Numbered from the stretch's first letter, positions 43,430-57,600 are shown. The stretch is DNA of 64,000 nucleotides from the human T2T-CHM13v2.0 reference genome, Homo sapiens (GCF_009914755.1 NC_060926.1); one strand, 5' to 3'. The notes: generated by a model not told the origin, from the sequence alone. Made by a program: numbers and translations.

Positions 43430-43900
43430 AACAGTCAGGGCCTAAGCAGAAATCACATGGCCCACACAAATTAGGATAATTTAAGAATGATTCTATAGAA
43501 AATGACTAATTATAAAAATGTAGGTAAATTATAGGAAGACCATGAGGTATTATACACAAACCTAGGGCTAGCAGCATCTATAGACAGTTAAGGATGAGGT
43601 GAGGGAGAATTTACCAGAGCCCAAAAGGGGAGAGTTGGAAAGATCAGGCTGTCTTGAGAGGAGTAGTGACCTTCTGTTTAAGGACACAGGCAGCCCAAGG
43701 GAGGGATCTGGGAAATATACATCCTGACCCTATACTTTGCTTCCCGTATCCTATCTGACCTCTCCATTGGCCAAAACTCCCCAAGGGCACAGGATTGTAT
43801 CGATACTATCTATACAGGTCAGCTTCCTTGGGTAGACTGTGGAGTGGAGATGGTGGAGAGTGCACTGGGGTATAAGCAAAGGTAAGTGGACACTTACTAC
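43430..43900 (-). mobile_element. LTR33-like ERVL LTR
   Basis: cagtcaggg...cagaaat; ggggctagcagca-like; ctccattggccaaa; caggtcagcttcc. Confidence 0.6.
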
Positions 43901-44628
43901 TGGGTCTGTCCTGCAGCTCCCTGAGCAAAACACCCTTGCCTTGTACCCCAGTGCACTCATACAACTCTCCACCATGGAGAAGCTGTATGTTTGTCCTTAA
44001 GCGGCATACAACTACATCCATATCCATATCCATATTTCCTATTTAGCATTGACTAATTTCATCCATTGATTTCCAGACAAAAATTCCTTTTTTGTTGTTT
44101 TTAGGAATGACTGATGTAGGTTTCAGTTATATAACTGCCGTTGTTCTATTGAGTCCATGTAAAATAGATCCTAATTCTTTCAGATCCCTAGTATTCAAAA
44201 TATCAATGGATAGACTTGTTGAAAAATTGGGTAAGCAAGATTTGTCTTTAAAGACAAGTACATTAAGACAAATGTTTGTAGAAAAAGGTCATTTTTCTGG
44301 GCAATTTTATTATATTTGGCTAACATAACTTATATGTAAGTGCTTAGTATTGTATTCAGAGTCTCAGTATAGACATTTTTTAGAATCCCAATCTCTCATA
44401 GTTTAGCATCTAAGCGTTACCCACAATTGATTCAGAATGTATAAAAGTATAAACTTTATTATATATGTGGAAAATCTCTGTACATCCTATGACTATTCTA
44501 AAAGTAATGAATTTGTAAGGGAGAATGGAAGAAAAAATGCCAGAAAACTTTAAAGTGATTTATCTTTCGGAATAAGCTTTATGAGAAATTTTAAACAACC
44601 TTATTTCTTTGTTTTATTTAAAAATGAT

Positions 44629-45107
<479 letters not shown>

Positions 45108-48100
45108 TCATTCAAAATGAAAACTATCATTAGCTAATGGTCCTAGGACCTGATCTGTATACAAAGGAATGGAATCATATATGCAAAGGTACTAAAATGA
45201 GACTTTAACAAGTAAGAGATTAAAATCTTACAATCTAATCACTAGGTTTTACAGCTTAAAAAAATACTCTTATCAGTTTTTCCACTTTACCCTAGGAGTC
45301 CTTCTTAACTCTGAAAATACACTCCTATTCTCAAATTTTGTCTCTGTTTGTACCATTGAAAGGTTACAATGTGGTGTTTTCCTCAGACCAACTGTTTATA
45401 TTTACAAATAAAAGTCTATTTTAAAAATGTTTCAGACCAGTCAGGGAGCAGAACTCTGGTAAGAAGAGTATTCTACTTGGGAACAAGGAGGGAGTTTTAA
45501 GGACATCATCTACTATAATTGCTTTGCTCTCCCAGGTAGTAGGAATTACAGAATTTTATAAAAATCACTGGCATGGTATTACTTATTATTTAGTCTTGGT
45601 TTCTTAATATGTCAATTTGGCCTTCCCATAAGAGTAGCTACATGTTAAAAAAAAGGAAAAGACTAAGATCCAGAAGACGTCAGAAAGACTGCTGGCTTTT
45701 TAATATCTTCCAGGTGCTACAAAAGCCACATATAGTCTTGTATGTTGACATGGGCCCTGCAAGGCCAGGGCAGAAGAGTATGACTCCACCATGTAAAGGA
45801 TGCCAATTGGTGGAGCCATGGTAGCTGGATTTGGGAGGCTGACTAGTTCACAACCTCTGATAAACTGTCATCCAAGCCTGAACCACGGTCACATAGGAGA
45901 GCCAGGAGTAAATGCATTTTAGGTGGCATAACTCCTTGTGTTGCAGCAAAGAAAGCAATTATGAAAATGGTCCTGCATTCATTGGAATGAAACCTTTGAT
46001 TCTGAAGGTTACTCATGGACTACTGTGTTAAATCTTACTTGATACCATTTAAGTCTGTATAAAAGTATGAGTACATGGTCAGTTTTATCATGTAAACCAA
46101 ATATAATGCATTTATAAAATTAAAACTGAATTTGCAAATTTTTGAACAACACACAATGATATGAAACAATGTTCACCATATGAAATTGAATTACAAAAGC
46201 AAGAAGTGAAATAATATAGAGTGTAAGATCTCAGTTTTGCTAACATGGACTTTAAAATTTACTGTAAACTAAATACACAAAAATAGAAACCTTTCTGTGC
46301 TGATAACTGTTTCTGCTGTGAGAATAGGGAAAACTTTCTCTATTTTTCTTATGTTTCTCTGTCTATTGTCAATCTAAGCTAGTTTTAAAATGAACAGAAG
46401 TTATTTCTATAATCAGAAAAGAATTAAGTAAATGTTGTTTACAAGATGAAGTGAAAAGAAAAAAGTTCTGCCATAGCAGCAGACACAACCCATTTAAAAG
46501 TGTTTAATCATTCTAGGTAATTGTTTAAAGAAAGTTGCCTATAAATAAACAAGCCTACCACTAAATCTACTGAAATTAGGCCCTGTGTTAGAGTAAGCAT
46601 ATGAATGTTGTTGGTAATTACAGTGGCACAAAAGCAGTCCTCTGGTTTTGTGGTTTATGATTCATAATCATTTATTTTTTTATTCAATATTAAGAAATAC
46701 TCTGAAAGTTACTATTGTCTTAAGAAAAAGAAAATGTACTTGTGTAGTCTTTGAAAAAGGCAATGTCCAAAGCCATGTGACTGCTTCTGTTTTATGAGAG
46801 AAACCCACAGTGTCTCATAGGTCTCTTCCAGACACACTGGAATGGTGCCAATGTAAGAATATTAACAAAGAACAAGCACTGAGCCAAATAATTTAATTAT
46901 CATTTGTTGACTTCGTCCATCTAAACTACATGAATCTTTATCCCAATGACACAAAGGCATCATTTCACTAAAGCTGATGAATAACTGCTTACATATTTTC
47001 CCACTGAATACTTAAATTTTGTCTTGTTCATTTGCATGGTTTTTATAGTTTTGGTTTGTTCTTGCTGTTTTGTATGTTAAAGGCATTCAACTTTTGTCTA
47101 TCAAAGTTGTGGCAAATATTTTCCTAGACTGCTGATTACCATTCTGTTTATGGTATTTTTTGTAAAATACAGAAGTTAGTTTTTTAGAGGGTTATATCTA
47201 TTGGTGTTTTTCTTTGTGAATTCTGCTGATTGTATTAGTTGATTCAACAAATATTTATTACATACTATGTGCCAGATACTCCTCTATGTGATATGATACA
47301 ACAGTGATCCAAAACACCGAATACTCTTGCCCTCATGGAGCTTGCACTCTTACAGAAGGAGACAGACAATTAACAATTAAAATACATCCAACTTTTGTAG
47401 CACCTGAATCCTGAATCAGTTGTGGGCTGTCTTTAAGAAAAAGAATACAGGACCTTAGAAAGGGACCATGGAAGTGAAGGGCTTCTGAGCATATCACATG
47501 GGAATGAGTGATATGGAGACAAATAAAGTGGAGGAGAAAGATAGGAAGTGCTAGGTCAGAAGTAGGGATCACAAATTTTTCAGAGAAGCCTCACTGAGAA
47601 TGTCAAATTTGAACAAAGACCAAGAGGAGGGACAGAAGCACACAAAGAGGATATCTGGGGAAAAGCATGGTAGGAGAAGAAAAGAGACAGTGCTAAATCC
47701 CTACAGGGAGAGAATGCCAATAATGTTCCAGGAATGAAAAGGAGGTGGGTAGGGCTGAAACAGAGAAAGCCAGAGAAAAATAATAGAAGATGAGTCATAG
47801 AGGTACCAAATGAAATTATGGGAGACGGGGAGCAGATGATGTAGGGCCTTGCAGGCCCAGTCAATTTTCTTGGTTTTCTCTCTCTCAGAGTGAGAGGAGG
47901 TCACTAGAGGTGAAATGATTTAACTTATGCTTTCACTTAGATTGATAGGTTAAGAATAAACAGTAGGGAGAAAGAATGCAAATAGAGAGATGGATAAGGA
48001 GGATATTGCCATAATCCAGGCGAGAGATCATGGTGGCTTGGATGAGTCTGCCTGGGGAATGTGAGGAAATATAATTTGTTTTTGAATATGTCTTGAAGAT

Positions 48101-48542
48101 GGAACTATCAGGATTTTCTGGTAAAATGGATGTAGATTGTAAAAAAGGAGAGTCTATGGGTGTTGTTCTAAGTAAATATGGAACTTTAAGTTTATTGAAA
48201 TGAGAAATTCTTTTAGAGAATAAGCTTTTCGGATACAAGACAAATGAGAAGTTCCACTTGGAGTATATTAAATTTGAGATGTCCATTGGATATACGAAGT
48301 AAGATTGTCACACATGCAGTTGGAGCTCAGTAGAAAAGTCCAGGATGAATATATACCTTTAAACATCATCAGCATATACTTGGAACTTAAAAGCCATAAT
48401 ATCAGATATGAGTCATATAAATCACTGTAACAGTTAACACGAGGAATAAGCATAGAAATGGGAAGAAACAATCAGAAGATTGAGTCCTTGAAGGATGCCA
48501 ATGTTTAGGTTAGAAAGATGTGGGAGAACCAGCAAGAGAGAA

Positions 48543-48970
48543 TGTGGTAGGCAGCAAAATGGCCTTCCAAAGATGCTCACATCCCAGCCTTTCAAAACCT
48601 GTTAATATATTTTGGAGAGATTGTCCTGGAGTATCCAGGTGGACCCAATGTAATCAGAATACTGCTCATAAGAGGGAGGCAGGAGGATCAGAACCAAAGA
48701 CAGAGATGTGATGACAGAAGCAGAGGTCAGTGAGGTAATATGATTGCTAGAAGGGAGGCACAAGCCAAGGAATTCAAGTAGCCTCTAGAAGCTGCAAAAG
48801 ACAAGGAAACAAATTCCCCCCTAGCACCTCCAGAAGGTTTGCCACCGTGATATTAGCTCAGTGAAACTCCTTTTGCAGTTTTGACCTCCAGAACTGTAAG
48901 ATAAATTTGTGTTGCTTTAAACCACTAAGTTTGTTGTAATTTGCCAAGAGAGGGATAGGAAGTAAATGCA
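48543..48970 (+). mobile_element. MLT1D-like LTR
   Basis: tgtggtaggcag...ccaaagatg...gcctctagaagctg...taaaccactaagtttg; TSD gagaa/gagac. Confidence 0.85.
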
Positions 48971-49244
48971 GAGACTGAGAAAGGAGTAGTTAGTGAAGTA
49001 AACAGATAGATAAGAGAGTGTCATGTCACAGGGGCCAAATGAGGAAGTGTTTCAAGAAGGAAGTAGAATAATGGTCATTTGATAAACTATGTCAAATGCT
49101 GCTTATAGGTCAAGTAAGATAAAGCCTGAGAAATGAACATTGTTTTTAGCAACATGGAGGTCACGGATGACCTTGACAGGAGAAGATTTGGTAGATGGAC
49201 TATAGAGAAAGCCAAATCAGAATTGGCTTCGAGAGAGTGGAGGG

Positions 49245-49422
49245 TAGCCGGGCATGGTGGTGCATGCCTGTAGTCCCAGCTACTCAGGGGGCTGAGGTGG
49301 GAGGATGGCTTGACCCCGGGAGGCAGAGGTTACAGTGTGCCAAGATCACACCACTGCACTTCAGCCTGGGCGATAGAGCCAGACCTTGTCTGAAAAGGTA
49401 AATAAATAAATAAGGTAAAATA
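49245..49422 (+). mobile_element. Alu right arm (5'-truncated AluJ or FRAM)
   Basis: Right monomer plus A-rich tail; flanking gagagtgga repeated. Confidence 0.85.
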
Positions 49423-49524
49423 AGGGAGAGTGGAAGGAAGGAACTGGAGAAAGAATTGCTGTGGAGTAGTGACTGCTATGTGCTTCCTGTTTTTCCCGTT
49501 TTTGAATGAGAGTCTCTTATCTCC

Positions 49525-50380
49525 ATACCATAGATTAAAAAGAAACAACTATTAATTCATACAATGACTTGGATGGTGTATTAGTCCATTCTTACATTGC
49601 TATGAAGAAATACCCGAGACTGGGTAATTTTTGAAGGAAAGAGGTTTAATTGACTCACAGTTCCTCAGGGCTGGGGAGGCCTCAGGAAACTTACAATCAT
49701 GGTGGAAGAGAAAGCAAACATATCCTTCTTCACATGGTGGCAGCAACAAGTGCCGAGCAAAAGGGGCTTATAAAACCATTAGATCTTGTGAGAACTCAAT
49801 CAGTATCATGAGAACAGATGAGGGAAACTGTCCATGATTCAATTATCTCCACCTGGTCTGTCCCATGACACGTGGGGATTATGGGAACTTCAAAATGAGA
49901 TTTGGGTGAGGACACAGCCAGGCCATATCAGATGTTCTCAAAGGATTTATACTGACTGAAAAAGGCCAGTCTCAAAAATCATATATCCTCCGTGATTCCA
50001 CTTATTTAACATTCAAAAAATGGCAAAATGATAGAGACAAACAAGAGGTGAATGTTTTTTAGGGATTAGGGAGGGAAGTAGACAAGGAAAGGGTGTGAAC
50101 AATGAAAGGAGTCCTTGTGATGGAACTGTTTTGTATTGACTATTGTTATAGTTACACAAATTTACATGTGATAAAGCTTCATGGACCTAAATACATGCAC
50201 ACACACATACACACACTACATGAATGCATGTAAAACTAGTGTAAATGGAATTAAGGTCAACAGTTTATATCATTGTCAATTTCTGGTTGTAATATTTACT
50301 TTAGTTATGCTATCACTGGGGGAAACTAAGTGAAAATTAGTTTCACGTGAATATACAATTATCTCAAAAAGTTAAAAAGA
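49525..50380 (+). mobile_element. L1MC/L1MD 3' end, split by THE1
   Basis: gccagtctcaaaa...gtgattcca...ccttgtgatggaactgtt...gtgaatatacaattatctcaaaa. Confidence 0.7.
49577..49930 (-). mobile_element. THE1 solo LTR (THE1C/D-like)
   Basis: tgtattagtccattc...gaaatacccgagactgggtaattt...ggacacagccaggccatatca; TSD gatgg/gatgt. Confidence 0.92.
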
Positions 50381-51015
50381 ATGGTAGAAATACACCTAAA
50401 GTAAATTGACTAAATTTGCAAGTTAAATGGCAAGACTTCTCAAAGTGGATTTTAAAAAAGTAGTCCATCTATATATAGTTTACAACAGACCTACCTAAAA
50501 CATAAAGACACAAAATTATGAATGTGAAGAAATGGAAAATTATATTTGAGGTAAATATAAGCAAAGAAAGATGATGTTACTTCTTATAATAATGTTTAAG
50601 AAATATATTTTGAAGCCAAAGCATTATTGGGAAAAAAGGTTACAGAAAAATAATAAAAGGAGCAATTCACCAGTCTGCATATACATTTAGTACATATAAG
50701 GACTGTAAAGAACAGGTATACAGGACATTATGAACGTTTTTAATGCCACTGGACCTTATGCTTAAAAATGGTTAAGATGGTAATTTTATGTTATATGTAT
50801 TTTTACCACAATAAAAAGAGAAATTGTAAGGTTGATAGATTAGAAATCTGTACTCAAGAATTAAAGCATTTTCATTTTTTAAACATGTATGACACTATTA
50901 AGAAATAACATATTTTGGCATAAAATGAGTCATACAGATCATGCTTCTGCTGATAATTCAAAAAAATTTAAAAGGAAAAAATATAGCAAATATGATCTCC
51001 ATGTATATGGAAATT

Positions 51016-52583
51016 TTATTTTATTTTATTTACTTCAAGCCTTTAATTTGAGACATGATGGAAAAATCTTGTAGGCACACTTGGAAAAGTCATGATTACC
51101 GCTGAGTGAAAACAATCTAACTGGAAAGATTTAATGCCTGTCAGCTAATGTCAAAGCTGAAATTCTGGAAGTATGACATGCTGCAGGGCTGAAAGGAATG
51201 GAAAATTAGTGTTCCCCTTCTTTTTCTTCAACAGAATCCACACCAACCTCCTCATAATCTTTTTCAAGGGCAGCCATGTCCTCACAGGCCTCAGAAAATG
51301 CTTCTTCTCCCATCTCCTCACCCATTTCCCAGTGAACAAAGGAACAGTTGGCATAACTCAAGTCAGACTTGTGGCCCAGGCAAACCCAGGCCTCAGCAAT
51401 GGCTATGGTGTTGCTCAGCATGCACGCAGCTCTCTTTATGTTGGCCAGATTTCCAGCAGGTACCACAGTGGGAAGCTGGCAATTAATGCCAACTTTGAGG
51501 CTAGTGAAACACCAATCCACAAACTGGATGGTGCATTTGGTCTTGTTAGTGGAATAGCAGTAAGTATTGACATATTTGGGAACCACATTACCACGGTGTA
51601 ATAGGCAGTAAGCCATGTATTTACCATAGTGAGAGTCACATTTCACCATCTGGTTGCCTGGCTCAAAGTGAGCACTGGTGACCTCTGCTATGCATGGTAG
51701 TCTTACCCAGCAGAGATGACAGGGCATATGTGACCAAAGAGAAGAGGATGCAGGAAGAGGGTACCAGGTCGGTCTGGAATTCTGTCAGACTCCATGAAAT
51801 CTGAGAGAAGCAGTGATGGAGAACACAATCTGGCTAAGAAAGCAGTTAAAGATTAGGGTAGTTTGGGTGCTCAGTATTGGGGTTTCTACAACAGATGCCA
51901 TAGATGGCCTCATTGTCTACTATGAAGGCACAATCAAAGTGCTGCAAGGTGGTACTGGTGGTGGAATGGAGTTGTAGAGCTCAACCGCAGCTGTGGAAAC
52001 CTGCAGGGCTAGGTAAATGGAGAACTTCAGTTTAGACTTTGTGGCATAATCAACAGAGAAGTGAACCCAGAACCAGTTTCTCCACCAAAGCTGTGGAAAA
52101 CCGAGAAGCCCTGAAGACCTGTGCACTGGTGAACCAGCTTGCGAATTTGGTCCAAAGGCCAATGATCTTGCCAATGTCGTGATGCCCCCAGGCATAGTTA
52201 TGGGCAGCGTCTTCCTTGTCTGTGATGAGCTGCTCAGGGTGGAAGAGCTGGTGGTAGGTGCCAGTGCAAACTTCATCAGTGACTATGGGTTCCAGGTTTA
52301 TAAACACTGCCCTGGACACAAACTTGCCTGCTCACTGAAGAGGCGTAGAATCAATTATCTCCTTACCCAGTGGTCTTGTCACTTGGCATTGGGCTATCGT
52401 GCTGGATGCTTTGTTCCAGGTAGTAGAGCTCCCGGCAGGCATTGCCAATCCAGACATCAGCCTCGCCAAGGTGGATGAAGATGCACTCACACGTAGTGGC
52501 TACAGGTTAGAAAAGCAAAAGTCAGAAGATACTGGGTCTCTGTTACCATCCCTGACATGTTAAGAGTCAAATAGGCAACACAT
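51016..52583 (-). pseudogene. TUBA1B: Full-length processed pseudogene of alpha-tubulin 1B
   Basis: Tubulin peptides in shifted frames ([46 protein letters not shown]); intronless; 5'UTR (gactcttaacatgtcagggatggtaac) and 3'UTR (ccattcc...ccctgcagcatgtcat...ttagattgttttcact) resemble TUBA1B as recalled; start ATG changed to ACG at 52494; poly(A) remnant; TSD tgtatatggaaatt / tgtatttggaaatt (51002-51015 / 52584-52597). Confidence 0.92.
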
Positions 52584-52911
52584 TGTATTTGGAAATTGTT
52601 TTTTAAAAAAAAAGGCATAAATAGCTCATGAAACACTTTAAGAAGAAATGATAATGGAAATTCGAAAATATTTCTATCTGAATGATAATGCAAATGCTGT
52701 AAATCAAAATGTGTGGGATTTGGCTAAAACCACAATTAAAAGGCAAAAGCCTTAATTGCGTATATTAGGAAAGAAGAAAAACTAAAAATCAGCACAACTT
52801 CCAGTTTACACAGGCAGAAAAAGAATAATGAAGTCATCCAAAGAAAGTAGAAAGAAGGAAAAACGTAAAGATGAGAATAGAAGATTTTTAAATGGAAAAT
52901 AACCAATAGCT

Positions 52912-53100
52912 ATCCCATCAGGGGCTGGAGGGAAGAGGAAATGGAGACATCAGTTCAAGGGGTACATGGTTTATTTACAAAAGATGAGTAACTTCTAGAG
53001 GACTGCTGTACAATTGTACTTAACAATACTGCATTGTCCACTTAAAAATTTGTCATGAGAGTAAATCTTAGGCTAAGTGCTCTTATCACAATAAAAAAAT
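52912..53100 (+). mobile_element. L1MA9/L1MB-like 3' end fragment
   Basis: ggggtacatggttt...agatgagtaacttctagag...aacaatactgcattgtccacttaaaaatttg...ctcttatcacaataaaa. Confidence 0.7.
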
Positions 53101-54591
53101 ACAGAAACAGTAGAGTAAAAAGTGCTCAAAGTTAATTCTTTTAAATAAACTAATACAATAGACAAATCACTGGCAGATTAATAAGAGAGAGAGGCTTTAA
53201 TGAAAACTAGACCACACAATCATAAAATAACATTTTGCCAATTATTTTGAAAATATATTTTTTAAGAAAAAAATACACTTTACAGAATAGATTCAAGAAT
53301 AAATAAAAGTCTGAGTAATCCTATTAAAATAAATGAAATTAAATCAGTAGTCAACAATTTAAGCATTGGTGGAAAACACAACGACAAAAACGACAATAAC
53401 AGCAAAACCAACAATGACTGAAACAAGAAAAAAACATGTATTTTAAATATATTTACAAGATAATTTCAATAAACAAGGGTTTGATAGTATCTATTTTATT
53501 CACACTGTTCTAAAGTAAAAGAAAAAGTAAGACAGCTCCTCAACAATTTTATATTTTGGTAAACTATACTTTGATAAAATCTGTCAGGGATGTTAGTGAA
53601 AAAATTTCAGATCATTATCTTTTATAAAAATTGATATAAAAATAATAGCTTAAATATTACCAAATATAACAAAGAAAAACATGCACATTTAAATCATGAC
53701 AAAGAATGATGAATTTTTTTCTTAAGAATGCAAGCATAACAATGTTAAAACGTGATAAATTAACATGTAATTTATCACTAAGAAATTAACAATTTTTAAA
53801 ACATATGATTATTTCAATACATGCAGGAAAATCATTCAATAAACTCAGGACTCCTTTATAATATAAACTCTTAACAAATAGGAGTAAGGGACCCTATTTA
53901 ATATGAAAAAAAGTTAGCTACCAAATATTACTTTAACCAAGATACTTTGTAATAAAATGTTAAAAACATGCCTTTAAATCGAGAACAAGGCCTCAATGCC
54001 TTCTTCTATTCATCATTGTGTGGAGTTCCTGCTAAATGGAGAAGGTATGCAAAATAAATTTGCAAGGATTAGAAAAATATAAAACTGTCATCATTTGTAA
54101 AGATTATGATTATGTATATGAAAGTCCAAGAGAAGTTACAGAGAATGGTTATTTAAAAATTAAATTCATATATACAAACAGCAAACAAAAATATAATTTC
54201 AAAATATAGCAATTACAGAAGCAACGAGAGTACTAGAAATAGAAGTAACTTCACAGAGGCAAGACTTTAATGAGAAAGTCATAAACCTTTATTGAAAGTT
54301 ATAAAAGACCTAATTAAATGTAGAGATACATTACTTACACATAAGACTTACTATAACAAATATATGAGTTCTTCCTCCTATTTATCTATACTTTCAAAAA
54401 AAACCCCAAGATTTTATCATTTTTATGAAGCATGATAAACTCATCTTAAAACTTATGTTAGACTATAAAGTGCCTAAAACAGTTGAGACTTCTCAAAAAA
54501 CAAAAATGATAATGGTCTAGTCATTCAAAATATATTATGAAACTATAGTAAATAAAAATTTAACTGAAAAAAAGTAATAGATAGAAAAATC

Positions 54592-54687
54592 CATTTACTG
54601 AACAGATCGAGCCATGTATATGTGGGTCCTACCCATGTATATGTGGGTTCTACCCACATATACATGGCTTGATCTGTTCAGTAAATG
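54592..54687. repeat. Near-perfect inverted repeat (36-bp arms, 24-nt loop) with an internal 21-bp tandem duplication
   Basis: 54592-54627 matches the reverse complement of 54652-54687 at 35/36. Confidence 0.97.
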
Positions 54688-57600
54688 ATTCTGGGTCAAT
54701 TGGCTAAACATACAGAAATAACTAAGATCAAATATATCCTTACTTTATATAAAACACACATTTTTCTAATTGCATTAGAGGCATGAAATGAAAAGCAAAA
54801 CTAGATGTTTAGGAGAAAAAAAGATAATATTTAAAAAATTTTGCTGTGCCTATATTTCTTAAGCAAATTACCCTGAAAAGGATGAAAAATCAATCTGGAT
54901 ATATAGAAGATATTTGCAGTTCAGAAAACCAAAACTCATTAGTGTATGGAATATGCAAATAATTTCTTCCAAACAAGAAAAAGAGAAGCTAGTTATTGAA
55001 AATGTTTAGCAAAAGATAATTGATAGAAGAAAGCATAAGCTGCAAATTAACATTAGAAAGAATGTTATATTCCATTAAGGATATACAAACTAAAACTGCA
55101 ATAAAGTAACATTTTATATCCATCAGATTGGCAAAAATAATGTCTGATAAATCCAAGTGTTGGGAAACCAGGTCTCCTATTATCTGTGGTAGCATAAGTT
55201 GGTAGAGATATTTGAACAGAAATTTGGTAGAGTAGTTTGGAAGAACTTGTCATACATAATAAAACTAGTAGCTGCATTTCCAGAAGTCTTTCATAAACTC
55301 CTGCATATGTGCACAAGAAAACATAGAAAGGTGTGCTAATTTCAGCACTGTTTGTAAAAGCAAACACATGGAAATAGCCTAAGAGTTGAAAACAACCTAG
55401 GTAAGGGAATGGATAACAAACCATTGTTTATTCACTAGAAAAAATATCAGACAAAAGTGAAAAATAAAAGTGAATGAATCATGTCTACCTACATCACCAG
55501 GTATAATTCTCAAAAACATACAATGTTGACTAAAGCAAAATGACACTAGAATACTTAACATTTGATACCATTTATGTAAAATTTTATACATGAAAATAAT
55601 ATTATATATTGCAGTGGATATATTTATGTTTACTAAGAGTACAAAAACAACATAGGTGAATGGAAACACAAACTAAAGAATAGTATTTATAAGGTGTGAG
55701 TGGGAAAGAAGAGGTAGGAGCAGGAAGGGCTTTTGTCTTAGTTGTAGACTTTTTGAAAAAATAGAGAAAATTGAGCCAAATATAGAAAAATATTAATATC
55801 TCCTGGGCATCAATGGGGCCTATAGTTTTCAGTTATTCCTTTGTTTGCAATATTTTATTATTAAAAATTAAAACAAGAATACATGAAATATTGTGACTGC
55901 TTTAACATTCAGGTTCTATAGGATCACTGAAAACTACATATGAAAACCAAATTATTTGGTTTCAGTGAATGTGTGAAATGCATTTGGATTTGGTGTCATT
56001 GATATACTGCATTTAGGAAGAAATAAATTCAATACACAGGAAACTGATAAATGTATGATTTTATAGAAATAAATATTAAAATGTTTACTTATGAAATCTT
56101 GTTCTCCTATTTCCTTCCCTGCTACTCAAATAGAAAAACATGTATCTGAAATCACATATTAAGTCTATGAGAAAATGATATGAAGCACAGATACCATCTC
56201 TGTGTAAGTTTTCAGTAATGCTATACATGTAAAAAGTAAATAGTTATTCTTGAAAATAAAGTCAATTTAATATGCCTGATCAATACTGCCCTATGCCATG
56301 GTCTAAAAATTTTTATTATTTAAAATGTTACAAAGGCATGATGAACAATTATAATCAATATTTCTCATATTACATTCCATTTGAGTTTAGTAATATGAGA
56401 TTAGCTTTTTCTTCTTGAGTCATTCTGCTTTACTATCTCATTTTCCTTCAGCAGTAATTATTCCAATTTGTCATGGTGTTACAGCAAAAATCCAAAAAAC
56501 ATAAAAAACTTCTTAGCTCATCTTGGTGCCCTAAATTTTCTTGGATTTCACCAATTTTGTTTATTAGGTCATACACTGTCTAATTATATATTAGCTGAGT
56601 TTATGATTTAATATTGATAGTGAGAGTGAAAATAATTTGGCCATTACATTACTCTATTAAAATGGAAAGCTCTATAAACACAGCCAGCTCTTTTTAGCTC
56701 CATCTAGTCTTTGTTGCCATTAATCAGCATTGGAGATTGAGAGTTTTAGATCATTATTCTCAAAATTGATACTTGCTCAATTTCATAGCTTACTTTATGT
56801 GTCTTGAAAACACATAAAGTAGAGATATCTAAAGAACAAGACCATAGGGTACAGGATTTCCATCAAGCAGAGGGCACTAATTTGCACATATTTTTATTTT
56901 GCTAAATGATTACTACCAAGTGCAGATTCACGCTTTGTACTAAGGTAATGTGGAGAGCTTTCAGGAAGGGCTATCCTGGGTCCAGAAGCTTAATGTGTAG
57001 GAAATCCAGTATTACAGATTAAACTAGTCTTGTAAGTCTTTGTTCATCTTTACGGTCTCAAGAAGAGAACTATGATCAAAAGAAACTGAAGTGGTAGTCA
57101 TTTTATTTACATCACGTTCATGTGCATATACTCTGTGCTACAATCTTCAAAATTATGTTTATTGCTCAAATTCTTCCAGAAAACCCAAATCTGGTGTACA
57201 TTTTATTTCCTTCTTAGATGTTTTACCTGTTTTGTTGGCATGCACAACTTGAGGTAAGCCTGTTTCATCTTATGAGATTGAAACAAAACTCTTTTTGAGC
57301 ATAAGTATAGAATTGGACAATTCAGAGCAATTAGTGCTCTTATTGTCTCAGTGGGCTCCTTTGAAATGTTTATAGTAGGCTACATTGTGAAGATATTGTG
57401 AAAGTATTTTTATGTTTCAAGATAGCAAACACTTTGAATAAATCAGTAAAAATAAATTTTATTGGAAATTTTTGTTTTCACACACATTTTTGCCTTTTCT
57501 GTTGATAACCAAACATTAGAGTATTGCTCATTTTTGCAGAATTTAAAGGTGTCTCAAGCAGCAGACTACAAGGATAAATAAAAATTAAAATGTATTTTCC

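Larger units (their letters stand above)
47235..49455 (-). mobile_element. Long L2 fragment interrupted by MLT1D and an Alu arm
   Basis: L2 3' end attcaacaaatatttatt, gccctcatggagctt; translated remnant ISRLDYGNILL resembles L2 ORF2; gtcaaatgctgct. Confidence 0.85.
50390..55880 (+). mobile_element. Long, highly decayed L1ME-like ORF2 and 3' end hosting the tubulin pseudogene and smaller L1 fragments
   Basis: Colinear degenerate ORF2 text (EN region 50400-51000, gtgggatttggctaaa, attatttcaatacatgcaggaaaatcattc, atcagattggcaaaaat) and L1ME-type 3' end. Confidence 0.7.

Noticed and set aside
45609-45824. 71-aa ORF with a basic NLS-like stretch
   Set aside because: The basic run comes from an A-rich tract; there is no homology or gene structure.
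51206-51727. 173-aa tubulin ORF as a functional gene
   Set aside because: It is part of a frameshifted retrocopy with a lost start codon and many non-conservative changes.
54592-54687. Hairpin as a MADE1/miR-548-type MITE
   Set aside because: No TA target duplication or mariner terminal repeat; one arm is host L1 sequence.
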